Assembly (NCBI GenBank): GCA_949358305.1
Contig: OX442314.1
Coordinates: 10,044,001 to 10,108,000, forward strand
DNA length: 64,000 bases
Source: Strigamia acuminata
Lineage: Eukaryota
Reading direction: 5' to 3'
A program made the translations under genes and the position numbers. Positions 36,831-50,300 of this stretch are shown in pieces. Each line of letters opens with the position of its first letter. Within the stretch, counting starts at the first letter, position 1. The notes below the pieces were generated by a model. The model was not told where the DNA came from. It did no database searches and was given only the letters and a program-made list of their open reading frames with translations.

Positions 36831-38728
36831 TCATTCGGCATCTAATAACGTGTCGAGCCAATCTTCCAATTTCTCGGTTTTTGTTTCTAAATTTAATTTT
36901 TTTTAAAAATAAATTTGGAATTTTTAGATAAATAAATCATTTTACCTGTAAATAATTGTATTGGTTTCGATTCTGGGGCGTTTTTGGATGATTCTGTAAT
37001 GGTAGAATGTGATGGAAACGTTTAGGCGATGTTAAATTATCAAAATGGCGGTTTGTTTACCGTTTTCGATCGGGTTTTTAACAGTGGGGTGTTGGGGGCC
37101 CGTTTTGGGGTCCAGGAGGTCGTTTAAGTCGTTTTCTAGGGTTGTTACGTCGTCTTTTTCAGGGGGAATGGGTTCGGGAGTGTCGAAATGGTCAATTTCG
37201 TTCGGTTCTTGGTCTTGGTCGTCAATTTCTTCTTGGTTTTCTTTCTCGGTTGATTGGAATATTTCTCTGATTATTTGCTCGGTTTTGAGCTTTCCTTGGA
37301 TGTATTGCGCGTAGTTCTGTTGCGCTGTTTTCTCCATTTTGTTCGCGAGTTTTCTCTGTTTTTGGGGAAAATAAAAAGTGGATTAGCTTTTTAAGTTTTT
37401 GAGGGATTAGATTTGAGTTTTGGTGACATGGGTTTGGTTATAAAAATTCAAAGATTCAGCTTTTACTAAATAAAATTCAATTTTAGCGTAAAAATTTGAA
37501 ATTTTAGTGTAAAAATTTGAAATTTTAGTGTAAAAATTTGAAATTTTAGTGCAAAAATTTGAAATTTTAGTGTAAAAGATTCGTTTTAAAATGAAAATTT
37601 TAACATCTAATGAAAAATTCAATTTTAAGCCTAAAAAACAGAAATTTTCGGGTGAAAATTCAATTTTAAGCCTAAAATACTGAAATTTTCGGGTAAAAAT
37701 TCAATTTTAAGCCTAAAAAACAGAAATTTTCGGGTAAAAATTCAATTTTAAGCCTAAAAAACTGAAATTTTCGGGTAAAACTTCAATTTTAAGCCCAAAA
37801 AAATGAAATTTTCGGGTAAAAATTCAATTTTAAGCCTAAAAAACTAAAATTGTCGGGTAAAATTTCAATTTTAAGCCTAAAAAACTGAAATTTTCGGGTA
37901 AAAATTCAATTTTAAGCCTAAAAAACTGAAATTTTCGGGTAAAAATTTAATTTAGACTTTCATTATTTCAATATTCACGAAAACAAGCCATTTTTAAATT
38001 TTTAAATTTTAAAGCATAATTTAGATTTAAAATCTTCGATTTTGACTCATAATCAACATTTTCCCCCGACATTTCCATATTTCCCGAAAATACAGATCAA
38101 AACATTGACGTCAACCAACAAAAACAACTCTTTTCATCTAAAATAACGTACAGGAAACGCTTCAGCATCGACCAAAAGACGCCTGGGCAACGGAATGCAC
38201 AAAATCGCATTATTCAGATCATTGATATCAATAGCAAAAAATTCGTTCATCTTCGGTCCATTCATCAACTCCTCATTCCATATCTGTTCTTCCTTAAATC
38301 GAAACGACGATCCGCCATTTCCTACAAAACAAAAACAAATTCGTTTTAATAACACGAAAAATAACACTGAAAACTTAATTATCACATTTATCACCTAATT
38401 GTAGAATTTCGCTATAATCGGCGCCTCGTAATCGATCACCGTACTCTTTTTCTTCGACTCTTTCTTCATATTTGTCCCAATTATTTACTATTTTACGTCG
38501 CGAAAATTCCTCGAGTTTTTCGTCGGGGTCACGTGATTGCTCTTCTTCTGCCTCGGTTTTCGCATTCGTCTGTTTGGAAATGTACGTTTTGTTAGTAATT
38601 CATTTGTGGTCAGGATTTTTACATACCTCTTTGGTTTCTTTGAGTTTTTCTTTAATGTGTGCGGGTTTATGTTTGTTTTTTTGGACTTGATTTCGCTTAT
38701 GTTTTTCCCTCCGACTTTGCTTGTCCAT
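36831..38728 (-). CDS. AVEN: Cell death regulator Aven homologue (multi-exon)
   Basis: FSRRKIVNNWDKY, RGADYSEIL, SSFRFKEEQIW, CIPLPRRL, and C-terminal EKLEDWLDTLL match recalled Aven motifs. Confidence 0.85.
37475..37950. repeat. Intronic minisatellites, 21-bp then 41-bp units
   Basis: aaaatttgaaattttagtgta copies, then caattttaagcctaaaaaactgaaattttcgggtaaaaatt copies. Confidence 0.9.
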
Positions 38729-40502
38729 TTCTGCGCATGTGTCGTAGAAGTGGGTTGAAGAAAAACCTGGAGTTATGGTGCGCCAATCCGAAAATTAATT
38801 ATGCGCCTTAAAATTGTATAAATATTAAAAAACACAATTTAACTTTCAAAAAATGCATATTTATTGAAGAAAAATAAAAAAAATACATTAATGCAAAATT
38901 GTACGTGCAAAAATGTATAATTTTATCAAGGGTGTTTATAAAAGGTGAGATATATTTTTTAGGGTAAGAATAAAAACAACAAAAAATCAAAAAATTTCAT
39001 TTTTATTTAACAATTTTATAATATTTCATCCATGCGAGTCAACAAATGTCTATTTAAAGTACTCTTTTGTGCAAAAGGAAATTCACACTAATGACATTTA
39101 TTCTTCCTGGAACATGTAGCCGATCACAAATGGCACTTCAATTCCTTCCGTTCTCCACTACGAGCCAGCACGAGAACTTTTAAATAGCTGCTCCGAGTAT
39201 ATAATGTTTGGCACAAATCACGAGTGAACAACTCTTCTCCCAGGTAATATTTTAAACTTTTCTTCCATTTAAAAGACGACAAACACGAATGGTACGCGTA
39301 CAACTCATCGACTGTTTGGGTCAGCATCAGGATATGTCTATAAAAGAACGGACTGCAGAAACGGCGCGAAGCACAAACGATGGATTTTTTCCTTTATGAG
39401 TCAATTGGTGTTTTTTCGACGTAGAACTCAATATAAAATGATTTTGAGCATATTTAGACACGTAAATAGCTTTTCTTCAGTGGATACGATGACATTCACG
39501 AATGGCATTTGTCATCAGACTCATCACGTGGTCTTTGGGCACGTGACAGTCCAATCGTTTTTCTGAATAAAAAAGAACATTCACATATTTTTGCAAATAC
39601 ATTTCTTGTCTTTTCAAAAGTCCATGGTGATACGTATCGTGGGTGAACGTTTCATTCGAATCGGGGTTGAAAACCACAGCCAATAATGGTTTGTTGCGGT
39701 TTTAGGGCTGACAAGGCCGAACGGTGATAACCCAAAATGCAATTGTCGTTCCATAAATAACAAATTAAGATTATAATACTCAGAAGTATTATCAACATTT
39801 TAAGATTTTAGATTGATGAAAGATTTTCAAAAAATACAAGTATATTTTGAAAGCATTTGTCAAAAAAATTAGAAAGGATTAAAAACTTATTCCGTTTCCT
39901 TACTTGGAAAACGATAGAACTGTATGGTATCAGGTTTTAGTAAGAGCAGGCGGGTTTCAATAGTTACGCGTTTGCAATTCCATTCGCAAATAAACAGCTT
40001 GCACCAAATTTAGACCTGTTTAAATTTATTTACCAATTTAATATTTCAAAAAATATAACTAGTTTGGTCTTCCAATCTAAAACCAAAAAAAAATCAATCT
40101 TTACCCATGAAAACAACGATCCGGCATCGGGTTTTAGTAAGAGCAGACGGTTTCACGTTTCTCACGCTCGCAAATAAATAAATAAAAATAACATTAAATA
40201 TTTATATAAATATAACATTAAATTTTTTTCCTATTTTCCATTTTAAAAAAAAAGGTCCAATTGTTTGGTATATTTCTCGAAAAGCAAAAAAAAACACTCC
40301 TTTCACACGATAACAGAACTCACAAGTCAGCTATCGGGTTTTAGCAACACCGCAAACATACTTCCTGATCCTGACGCACCAAATTGTCTTATTTCGCTTT
40401 TATTTATCAAATTTGTATAAATATTTTTATTATATACATCCAAAATTCTACACATAACCATTTAATATACACAAACAAAATAAAAATTCAAAGAGAAAAA
40501 AT

Positions 40503-43500
40503 TCAAATCATCGTTTCAATATTTGCAGTGAGAATTTTGCGCGCCCACCATTTTGTCGCGCTCCGAATCTTTAACTTTCCCTTCTTCTTCATTCGCAAAC
40601 TAATCCTGTGCACGTCCGAATCGACAAACGGCTCGTTCAAATTCGGCAAAATCACATTCCGCCTCAACCGTCCTTCGGGAATCGGCATTGCGCCCGCGAA
40701 ACAAAATTCGATCGCCACCCGCCGATTCCCCATACACAAAATAGACCTAAACGGTTCGTCCGGTTCGCTCGGTTCCTCCTGCTGCTGCTCCTTCTCTTTC
40801 TTAATCTTCCTGTTCAGTTTTTTCCGCTTAAACGGCCTCGTGACGCACGACCGCGGCAATTTCGCGATGGTCAGCTTAATCCCGAGGTTGGGATCGCTCA
40901 CGGTGCTTTTGATTCTTAGATCCATGTTGCCCCGGACCGGTTCGGTCTCGTTTTCGTCGCTCAGCAACGAATTATCGTCTCGGTCGTCGTACGAGCGCTC
41001 GTCACTCATGCTCTGCATTTCTTCCTCTTTGACCATAAAAGCTTCTAATAATTCTTCGCCGCTTTGGACTAATTCTGGCGAGGTGAATAAATTGAAGACC
41101 GGGTCGGGTTTGGGTGTATAAAAACGGGTGAGCGTGATGTGCGGTAGTCGCATCGATAAACTGTCGCCGAAACATTCGCAAAGGAAGCTGTAAACTTGAG
41201 AAATTGGTGTTTTTGATGTTAATGCTGGCTTGATGTCTTCGTTTTTCGTTTTCATTTGTTGCCCGCCGCTGTATTGCGGAACGGCGTGTTGAGCGACGCC
41301 ATTTTGGATCGGCGAGTCGGATTGTTCTTGGAAGAATTTCTCGGTGCGTTGCATCATGATGATCTGAGCAGCTAACTGCAAAATTGACGAATTAAATGAT
41401 TCGAATGGTTATTGCGTTGTTGATTTTTTGTTTTTACAATTAAAGCTCCATAAACTTTATATGCATCAGCTTTAACTTGAGCGTTGGGGTAGAACTCGTT
41501 GTAGATGACTGCGGAAAGGTGCGGCCAATATTTGATGAGAAATGGGAGTAGATATTTCTCGATTGCCTAGGTTGAAATAAGATTAATTTGGTTTGGTGGT
41601 TGATTTTTTTTTGTTTTTGTTTTGTTTACGTCGGAACCGAATGCGACGATTCCTATTATGGCTCCGTAATGAGACGAAAACGGTTTGTTGTGATCGGAAA
41701 AGACGTCACGTAGTGAAGTGAGAATTTCATCCGATAATTCGTTCACCGAGTTCGACCAGTTCCTAAAAAATAAAAAATAAAAAAGAGGTTTTTAGTTCAT
41801 ATAAAAATTAAAAAATTCAAAAAAATTCAAAAAATTAAATAAAGAAATTATTTTTTGGTCAAAAATGTAATTTTTGCGTATAAAAAAGATCATTTTGCAA
41901 CCAAAAGTGACATCTAACCACATAAAATGGCTTATTTACATCTTAAAACACTTTTTTTTTCTTACAAAACGGCCATTTTTCTTACAAAACGGCCATTTTT
42001 CTTACAAAACGGCCATTTTTGCATACAAAACGACAATTTTTGCACATAAAACCACCATTTTTCTTATAAAACGACCTTTTTTTGCATACAAAACGACAAT
42101 TTTTGCATACAAAACGACAATTTTTGCATACAAAACGACAATTTTTGCATACAAAACGACAATTTTTGCATACAAAACGACAATTTTTGCATACAAAACG
42201 ACAATTTTTGCATACAAAACGACCATTCTTGCATACAAATGCCCATTTTTGGGATGTAGTTTTGAATGGTTGCCTTAGAAAACGTGAAAAATAAAAATAA
42301 AAACCTTGCAACACGAGCAAGTAATCTCGCAGCATAATCTCTCAAAGTCCAATGATCATTTGTTGGATTTATCGATGCGGCTAACGGTTCCAAAATACAG
42401 TATAAAAGGCCTTGTGTCAACAAATTTAGCTGCAAAATAAAGATAGAAATAAAATCGTGCTAATTTGAATTTATCATCGTTGTTTACGTAAGGTTTCGGT
42501 TCCATGTACAACGATTGATTGCAAATCAAAGAATTAACCGTAAACACGAGTTTTGTCAGTTGTGCGAGATCGTGACTCACTTTCTTCACCTAAAACACCA
42601 AAAACCGAATTAGAACAATTAAAATTTCGTGCAATTGCGATTAACTTACGCCAACAGACACGAAATTAATCAAATAAGGCAAAAGTGGAGCAATTTTTAA
42701 ATTTGTGCGTAGATCTTCCAGAGCAACCTTGAAAAAAAGATAAAAAGATAAGGAAAAATTAATAAAAACTTCAAAACATTGATTAGAAAAATTTACTTTC
42801 ATTAGTTCTTCGTCGTATCCTAAAATTGCTTTTGTCATTTGCTCGTAATAACTCATCAAATCGTCGGACACAGAAGGCACGCTACTCGCTTTTTTCCCTA
42901 TTTGAGTCGGGAAAAAAAGATAAAAAATCCACTTTTACGATTATTAAAACACGTTTACCATTGTTTCCTTGCGACGAAATTGCGCTTTTCTGCATTCCTT
43001 CCACTGACAGCCACTGGGCTGGAATAAAAACAAAGAAAAATTGAAATTTCTGTATTTTTTAATCGATTTTATCCATTTTTAAATGGATTTTAATCACTTT
43101 TATCCGTTTTACAATGAATTTTAATGGATTTTAATGGATTTTATCCAATTTTCAATGGATTTTAATCGATTTTACCCATTTTTCAATGAATTTTAATCGA
43201 TTTTATCCATTTTCCAATGGATTTTAATCGATTTTATCAATTTTTCAATGGATTCTAATCGATTTTATTTGTTTTTAATACTTTTTAAATCGATTTTAAC
43301 TATTTTTTAATGGTTTTTAATGATTTTATCCACTTTTTAAAAGTTTTGAATCAATTTTTTCGATTTTTATTCATCTTATCAACCTTTAACGAACGGTGGG
43401 CCAGGAATCTCAAACATCTGCGGCGTTAAAGCGACTTCTACTATATTAACTTCGCGTTCTTCCAAATAATAAACATCTGCCTCTTTGTGGTAGTGAAATT

Positions 43501-43927
43501 GCATCGGTTCGCTCGCGTTACATCCATAAATCGGCTGGGAAAAAAAATACAAACAAAATTAAAATTTCTAAACCATTTACCTAATCCATTTTTATAAAAT
43601 CAAAAACTCCTACGTCAACATTGCTCCACTTCAAAACTTTATTAATATCCTCTACTTTTAATTTTCTTCGTTTCGAATGTCGCATAAATTGACCACAATT
43701 CTGAAAAAAATCGAAAAAAAATTAAATTTCGTCTCCAAATTGCCCCAAAAACGATCAAAACTCACCTGTACCATCTCCCTCAACCTGTAATTAGTATCTT
43801 CAGCCAAAGTGCTCAAAACCTCGTCCGATAAATCGCTAAATCCGATGCTTTCTGCCATGAATTTGACAGATTCCTTCGAAATCTGCGCATATTTCTTATC
43901 CTGCGAAATCTTCTTGTCCTCCGCCAT
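40503..43927 (-). CDS. TAF6L: TAF6-like SAGA subunit (multi-exon)
   Basis: Histone fold (SVKFMAESIG...LAEDTNYRLRE...FMRHSKRRKL), ALEDLRTNLKIAPLLPY, KVSHDLAQL, LEPLAASINPTNDHWTLRDYAARLL, PFSSHYGA, FGDSL. Confidence 0.9.
42075..42235. repeat. Intronic minisatellite, 21-bp unit
   Basis: Tandem gcatacaaaacgacaattttt. Confidence 0.9.
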
Positions 43928-44391
43928 TATTCAGCCGATAATTCAACACGATTTTAACATCTCCGTTTTAATTCAAAACAATTTATCAATCGAATAATTC
44001 AATAAAAACAACAAATTCATACTTGTCAAGCGAAATGATCAAAAGGTGCGCGCACGCCTACCACAATGGTCAAGGTTAGATTCAACTTCCGGTTCCGGTT
44101 GCCAGCTATAGTGTACGTGTGATATTAAGCAAACAAAGAAATTATTAAAAAATTAAAAAAATCTAAAGCTATTTTAAATTTTACAATAATTAATCCTTAT
44201 TTATTTAGAATACCTTACATAAAATGATAAAATTCTAAATCTTGGCGAAATTGGTCAATGAGAATCGACCGAGTGAAGTCGCTCGGGATTTAGATAGCGG
44301 GCGCCACCGTGCGAGAAATGGCCTAACTAGTCGATATAAATGGTGTAGGCTAAGTGTTTGCGAAGAACCGTGCTCGTTTTCGTCGTTGAAA
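43928..44391. promoter_or_regulatory. Bidirectional promoter between TAF6L and YLPM1
   Basis: Divergent start codons about 465 bp apart; ETS-like acttccggttccggt at about 44085 and a GC-rich tgcgcgcacgc motif. Confidence 0.5.
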
Positions 44392-47300
44392 ATGTATCAA
44401 AACTGGCAGCAGTGGCCTGCAGGAGCACAAACGGGTCTGCAATTGAACCCCGTGCAACCTTACATGCAATCGGCGATGGCTAGTAACGTGTTGGGATGGC
44501 AAAACGTTCAAACACCCACGTTGGCTCAGTGGCAAAGCAATTTGCTTCCAAATGTTCAAAGTAATTTAACACCTCTGAATAGGAAGAATCCGTTCGTAGG
44601 TAAATCGTCCACCTCACAAAACAAATCGGTTGATAGTATTCCGACGCCGCTCGAACCGGGCGAGCCGAAAAACGACGCCAAAAACGATTCGAAAAACGAC
44701 GACAAAGCGAAAGAAGCCGAGGTAAATAAGTGTGGAAAATGAAATTGCGAAATTGAATTTTTCATTGAAATATTGGATTTTTCAATTGTTTGTCTCAAAA
44801 AAATTATTTTTATCACCAAAAGTTTAGATTTTGCACAAGAAAAAATCGACTTTTCGCAAAAAAAATTCAATATACCTCAAAAAATTGAATTTTTTAATTT
44901 TTTATGAAGGAAAAACTCGATTTTTCAATTTTGTTTGTCAAAAAACTCAATTTTGCTTTTAAAAAATTCAATTTTGCTCTAAAAAAATCAATTTTGCTCT
45001 AAAAAATTTAATTTTGCTCTAAAAAATTCAATTTTGCTGTAAAAAATTCAATTTTGCTGTAAAAAAATTCAATTTTGCTCTAAAAATTCAATTTTGCTGT
45101 AAAAAATTCATTTTTGCTCTAAAAAATTTAATTTTGCTCTAAAAAATTTAATTTTGCTCTAAAAACTTCAATTTTGCTGTAAAAAATTCAATTTTGCTCT
45201 AAAAAATTCAATTTTGCTGTAAAAAATTCCATTTTGCTCTAAAAAATTCAATTTTGCTGTAAAAAATTCAATTTTGCTCTAAAAAAATTCAATTTTACTA
45301 AAAAAAAGATGTAATTTAGTTCTAAAAAATTCATTTTACATCAAAAAATTCAATTTTGCACCAAAAAATTTAATTTTGCACCAAAACATTCAATTTTGCT
45401 CCAAAAAATTCAATTTTGCTTTAAAAAATTCAATTTTGCTCTAAAAAAAATTCAATTTTACTAAACAAGATTTAATTTTGTTCTAAAAAAATTCATTTTA
45501 CATCAAAAAATTCAATTTTGCACCAAAAAATTCAATTTTCCCAGCAAAAAGGTCAATTCCCCACAAAAATCCTTCCAAAGTGGGAAAATAAAATAAAAAA
45601 ATTAAAAAAAAAATTAAAAAAAAATCAAAGCATAAATTCTAGTAATTAAATTTATATTTTATTGTATTACCAGTTGGCGCCGAAGGATTCGGAAGAGGAG
45701 AAGCGGATGAACGACTTGCGCCAGAAAGCCCAGCAGTGGCAGGCGGCACAAGCTCAGCAGGCGCAGTGGCAACAGTACCAGTACCAATACCAGCAGGCGT
45801 ACACGTTGCAGGCTCAGCAGCAACAGCCTTTGATTCCTCAGCAACCGCCGCCGCCACCGCCGCCGCAGCAGTCGTTGCAGGCGCAGTCGGCGCCGCCGGT
45901 CCCGTTGATGCAGACTCCGGTGGCTCCGCCGCCCGTTCAGGCGCCCATGAATTTCTCGGTGCCGCCGCCGCCGCCGCCGCAGCAACAACAGCAGCAACAA
46001 GCGCAGATTCAGTCGCAGGGAGCGTCGTTGTCCAGTTTTAGTCAGGGGAAACAGGGGAGTTTCAGTCAACCTCAAATGCAATCTCATCAGGAGAACGAGT
46101 CGTTTTCGTATCAGCAGAATCGTTTTCAGCAGTTTCAGCAGCCGCCGCCGCAGCAGCCGCAGAACAGTTTCAGGCAGCAGCAACAGTCGTATCAGTCGAG
46201 GCCAACATTCCAGCAGCAACAACAACAACAACAACCGCAGCAGCAGCAACAACACAATAACCAGTGGCAGAATTCGTCTCAGGTAATGGGGATTAAAAAA
46301 TTTATGAAAATTGTAAAGGGACCGCTTTTCAAAATGGCCACTTTTTAAAATGGCCGTTTTACAGAATGAACATTTTTCAAAATGGTCACTTTTTAAAATG
46401 GCCGCTTTTCAAAATGGCTGTTTTTCAGAAAGAACAATTTTCAAAATGGCTGTTTTTCAGAATGGCTGTTTTTCAAAATGGCTGTTTTTCAAAATGGCTG
46501 TTTTTCAAAATGGCTGTTTTTCAGAATGAACAATTTTCAAAATGGTCATTTTTAAAAATGGCTGTTTTTCAAAATGGCTGTTTTTCAGAATGGCTGTTTT
46601 TCAAAATGAACAACTTTCAAAATGGTCATTTTTTAAAATGGTCATTTTTTAAAATGGTCATTTTTTAAAATGGTCATTTTTTAAAATGGTCATTTTTTAA
46701 AATGGTCATTTTTTAAAATGGTCATTTTTTAAAATGGTCATTTTTTAAAATGGTCATTTTTTAAAATGGTCATTTTTTAAAATGGTCATTTTTTAAAATG
46801 GTCATTTTTTAAAATGGTCATTTTTTAAAATGGTCATTTTTTAAAATGGTCATTTTTTAAAATGGTCATTTTTTAAAATGGTCATTTTTTAAAATGGTCA
46901 TTTTTTAAAATGGTCATTTTTTAAAATGGTCATTTTTTAAAATGGTCATTTTTTAAAATGGTCATTTTTTAAAATGGTCATTTTTTAAAATGGCCCTTTT
47001 CAAAATGGCTGTTTTTCAGAATGAACAATTTTTAAAATGGTCATTTTTAAAAATGGCTGTTTTTAAAAATGGCTGTATTTCAAAATGGCTGTTTTTCAAA
47101 ATGGCTGATTTAAAAAATGGCCACTTTTTAAAATGGTCACTTTTCAAAATGACCAATTTCAAAAAGGCTGTTATTCGGAATGATCATTTTTCAAAATGGC
47201 CACTTTTCAAAATGGCCACTTTTCAAAATGGCCACTTTTCAAAATGGCCACTTTTCAAAATGGCCACTTTTCTAAATGGCTGCTTGTTTGCTTGTTTGTT

Positions 47301-50300
47301 TATTAATTTATATTTTTTTGTGGTATTTTAGCACGAATCTCCTCAGGATTGTAGTCAACGAATCGCGCAGTTGGAGCGCGACGAAGTCGAGTTTGAGCGT
47401 CAGTTCACGGAATGGACGAGGCAATTCGAGACGTGGCGAGAACAGAACAAATTCCACCCGGACAAGTCCATGTATGGCCAGTACGAGCAGCAGTACCATC
47501 AAATGCACGAACAGTTGCGCGAACGAAGGGAAAGGATGCGCGTACTGAAGGACCAAGCGCGACAGCAACTCCAGTTTGCTGTCGAGAGCAGGAACACCGA
47601 AAACAACAACAACAACAACCAATTCGACCAACAATCTCAACAACAACAAGCGCCGAATTACGCCAACTTTAGATCTCGCGCCGAAAGCTTCGACCACAAC
47701 AGACCCGGCTACTTCAACCAATCCAACAGCAGGAATTTCGACCAACGGGGCGGCGACCAGTTCGGCGCACCCCGCTTCACGCCCCGTGCAAACCCGAGCC
47801 CCCAATTCGCGCCCCGCTATTCGTCGCACGCCGAAAACGACTTCCCGAACCAGGAAAAACCCCAAGAAAACCAAAACGTCGACAATTTCGCGCAAAATTT
47901 CGACCGCAAACCCCAACAACAGCAACAACAACACCCACAACATCAACAACAACAACAACAACCGATTTATTCGCACGAAAAGAAGCCGGAAATCGAATTG
48001 AACGACAAAAAGGAGTCGATTCCGTCGTTCCCGCACGAGATTTGGGGCCAGAACGAAGAGAAAAAGATGGAGGACGAAGAAACCCGAGCGGGGAGCGAAT
48101 CCGAGGCGAAAGTCGAGGAGAAATCGTCGGAGAACTCGATTTGCGCGCCGGAGAAGCCGACCGAGACAGTCGACTTGGCGGAGCGAGTGGAAATGATGGA
48201 AGAGGCCGCGCAGCCCGAAGTGGTTTTGAGCGACAAACAGAAGGATCTGCTGCAACAAACCGCGCAGGAACTGAAGGCGCTCGAACTGGTGCGCGCGCAG
48301 CAGGAGAAATTGGAGCAACTGGCCAAACTGGAGCAAATGGCGCGCGACAAACGGCTCGCCGAGCCGCAGTTCGGCGCCAGGGACAGCGGGACGCCCACCG
48401 CGCACCAGATCAACGACGAGCAACAGCAAAGGATGAAGCAGAACGCGTATTCCGTCGAACTGCAGAAGATGAACATAGAAATTGCGCGACAACAACAACA
48501 GCAACAGCAGCAACAACAAAAGCCGCCGCAGTCGCAGCCGCAGCGACAACAACCACCGCCACAATTACAACAACCGCCACCGCAATTGCAACAACCGCCG
48601 CCGCAATTACAGCAACCGCCGCCGCAATTACAACAACCGCCGCCGCAATTGCAACAGCAATTGCAACAGCAAATGCAACAACCGCCGCCACAATTGCAAC
48701 AACAACCGCAGCAACTGCCGCTGCTACAACAACCACCACAACAGCAGCAACCGTTGTTGCCGTGGCCCGGGAGCGCGCCCAACATGGAGTACGATGAATT
48801 TGGGAATAAGTCGACGCCACCAGGGGGACGGGGTGTGGATAGAGGACGGGGTAAGCGCGGACAGGATAAGGCGCGGGGGCGTGGAAGGGGAAATAGGGGA
48901 CGGGGAAGAGGAATGGAGGAGAGTTTTTTGCGTGCGGATATGGTGGGGTTTGGTGCGGGGGAGAGGGGGAGGGGGAGAGGACGTGGAGATGGGTTTGGGA
49001 GGGGGCAGGGGCCCGGGAGAGAGTTGTCGTTGGGGCTGAAGTGGCAGGAAAGAGTTTTGGTGAGTTTTTGTTTGGGTTTTGGGTGTTTTTTTGGGATTTA
49101 TTTTTTGTTTTGTTTTGTAGGGTGGAGCTGAGAGAAGTTTTGGTGGTGATGGCGATTTTGAAGAGGAGTTTCAAATGAACGAGGCGTGCGAGACGTTTGG
49201 TGGTGGTGGTGGTTCGGTTGGTCAGTGGCCGGGGGAGGATTATGGGGTGAATAGAGAGCCGGCTGGGTTTTGGGGCAATGAGTTTAGGAGGTAAGTTGGA
49301 GTTGAAGGTTGGGGTGTTTTGGGTTTGGACTTGGGTTTTGGTTGGAAAAATTCAGTTTTTCATTTATGAAATTCCGTTTTTCATTTATGAAATTTAGTTT
49401 TTCATTTATGAAATTTAGTTTTTCATTCATGAAATTCAGTTTTTCATTTATGAAATTCAGTTTTTCATTTATGAAATTCAATTTTTCATTTATGAAATTC
49501 ATTTTTTCATTTATGAGATTCATTTTTTCATTTATGAAATTCATTTTTTCATTTATGAGATTCAGTTTTTCATTTATGAAATTCAATTTTTCATTTATGA
49601 AATTCAATTTTTTATTTATGAAATTCAATTTTTCATTTATGAAATTCAATTTTTCATTTAAGAAATTCAATTTTTCACTATATAATTCAATTTTTTATTT
49701 TAAAAAAAATTCAATTTTCCATTTAAAAAAAAAATCAATTTTCCATTTAAAAAAAAATCCATATTTTATTTAAAATAATTCAATTTTACATTTATAAAAA
49801 TTCAATTTTTCATTTAAAAAAATTCAATTTTCCATTTAAAAAATATTCAATTTTCCATAAAAAAAATCAATTTTTTATTAAAAATTTAATTTCCTATCAA
49901 AAGCTTAGTACTCATAAGATCATCTGCTAACAGAAGTGAATGCCCACAGACTTTTCTGTGTGTATAAACTTGACAGAATCATCTGGTAGCAGAACATGTG
50001 CCTGTCTGTCAGACCAGACTTTTTGTGGTACTCGCAGTTCTATGCAACAGAAAAGATATGGTGAATGGCCACGAAAAAGAAACAAGATGGATGCCAATAA
50101 AATTTTTGAAGGCTACTTTTGGAGTTACGATGAATAGAATTGCTAGTTTGTTTTTAATTTGTAATTTTATTTATAAACTAATAATCTATTTTTTATAAAT
50201 AGAATATACAGTTGTTTGCATTTGTTGGCAGAACTGATTGCTGCCATATTTGAGACCGGTTAAAAAAAAGTTACGACCGGTCACAAATTGTCAAGACCGA

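Noticed and set aside
47308..49174. Long antisense and alternate-frame ORFs (poly-L, poly-C, poly-A/V)
   Set aside because: They are shadows of the CAA/CAG/CCG-rich YLPM1 exon; the low-complexity codons avoid stops.
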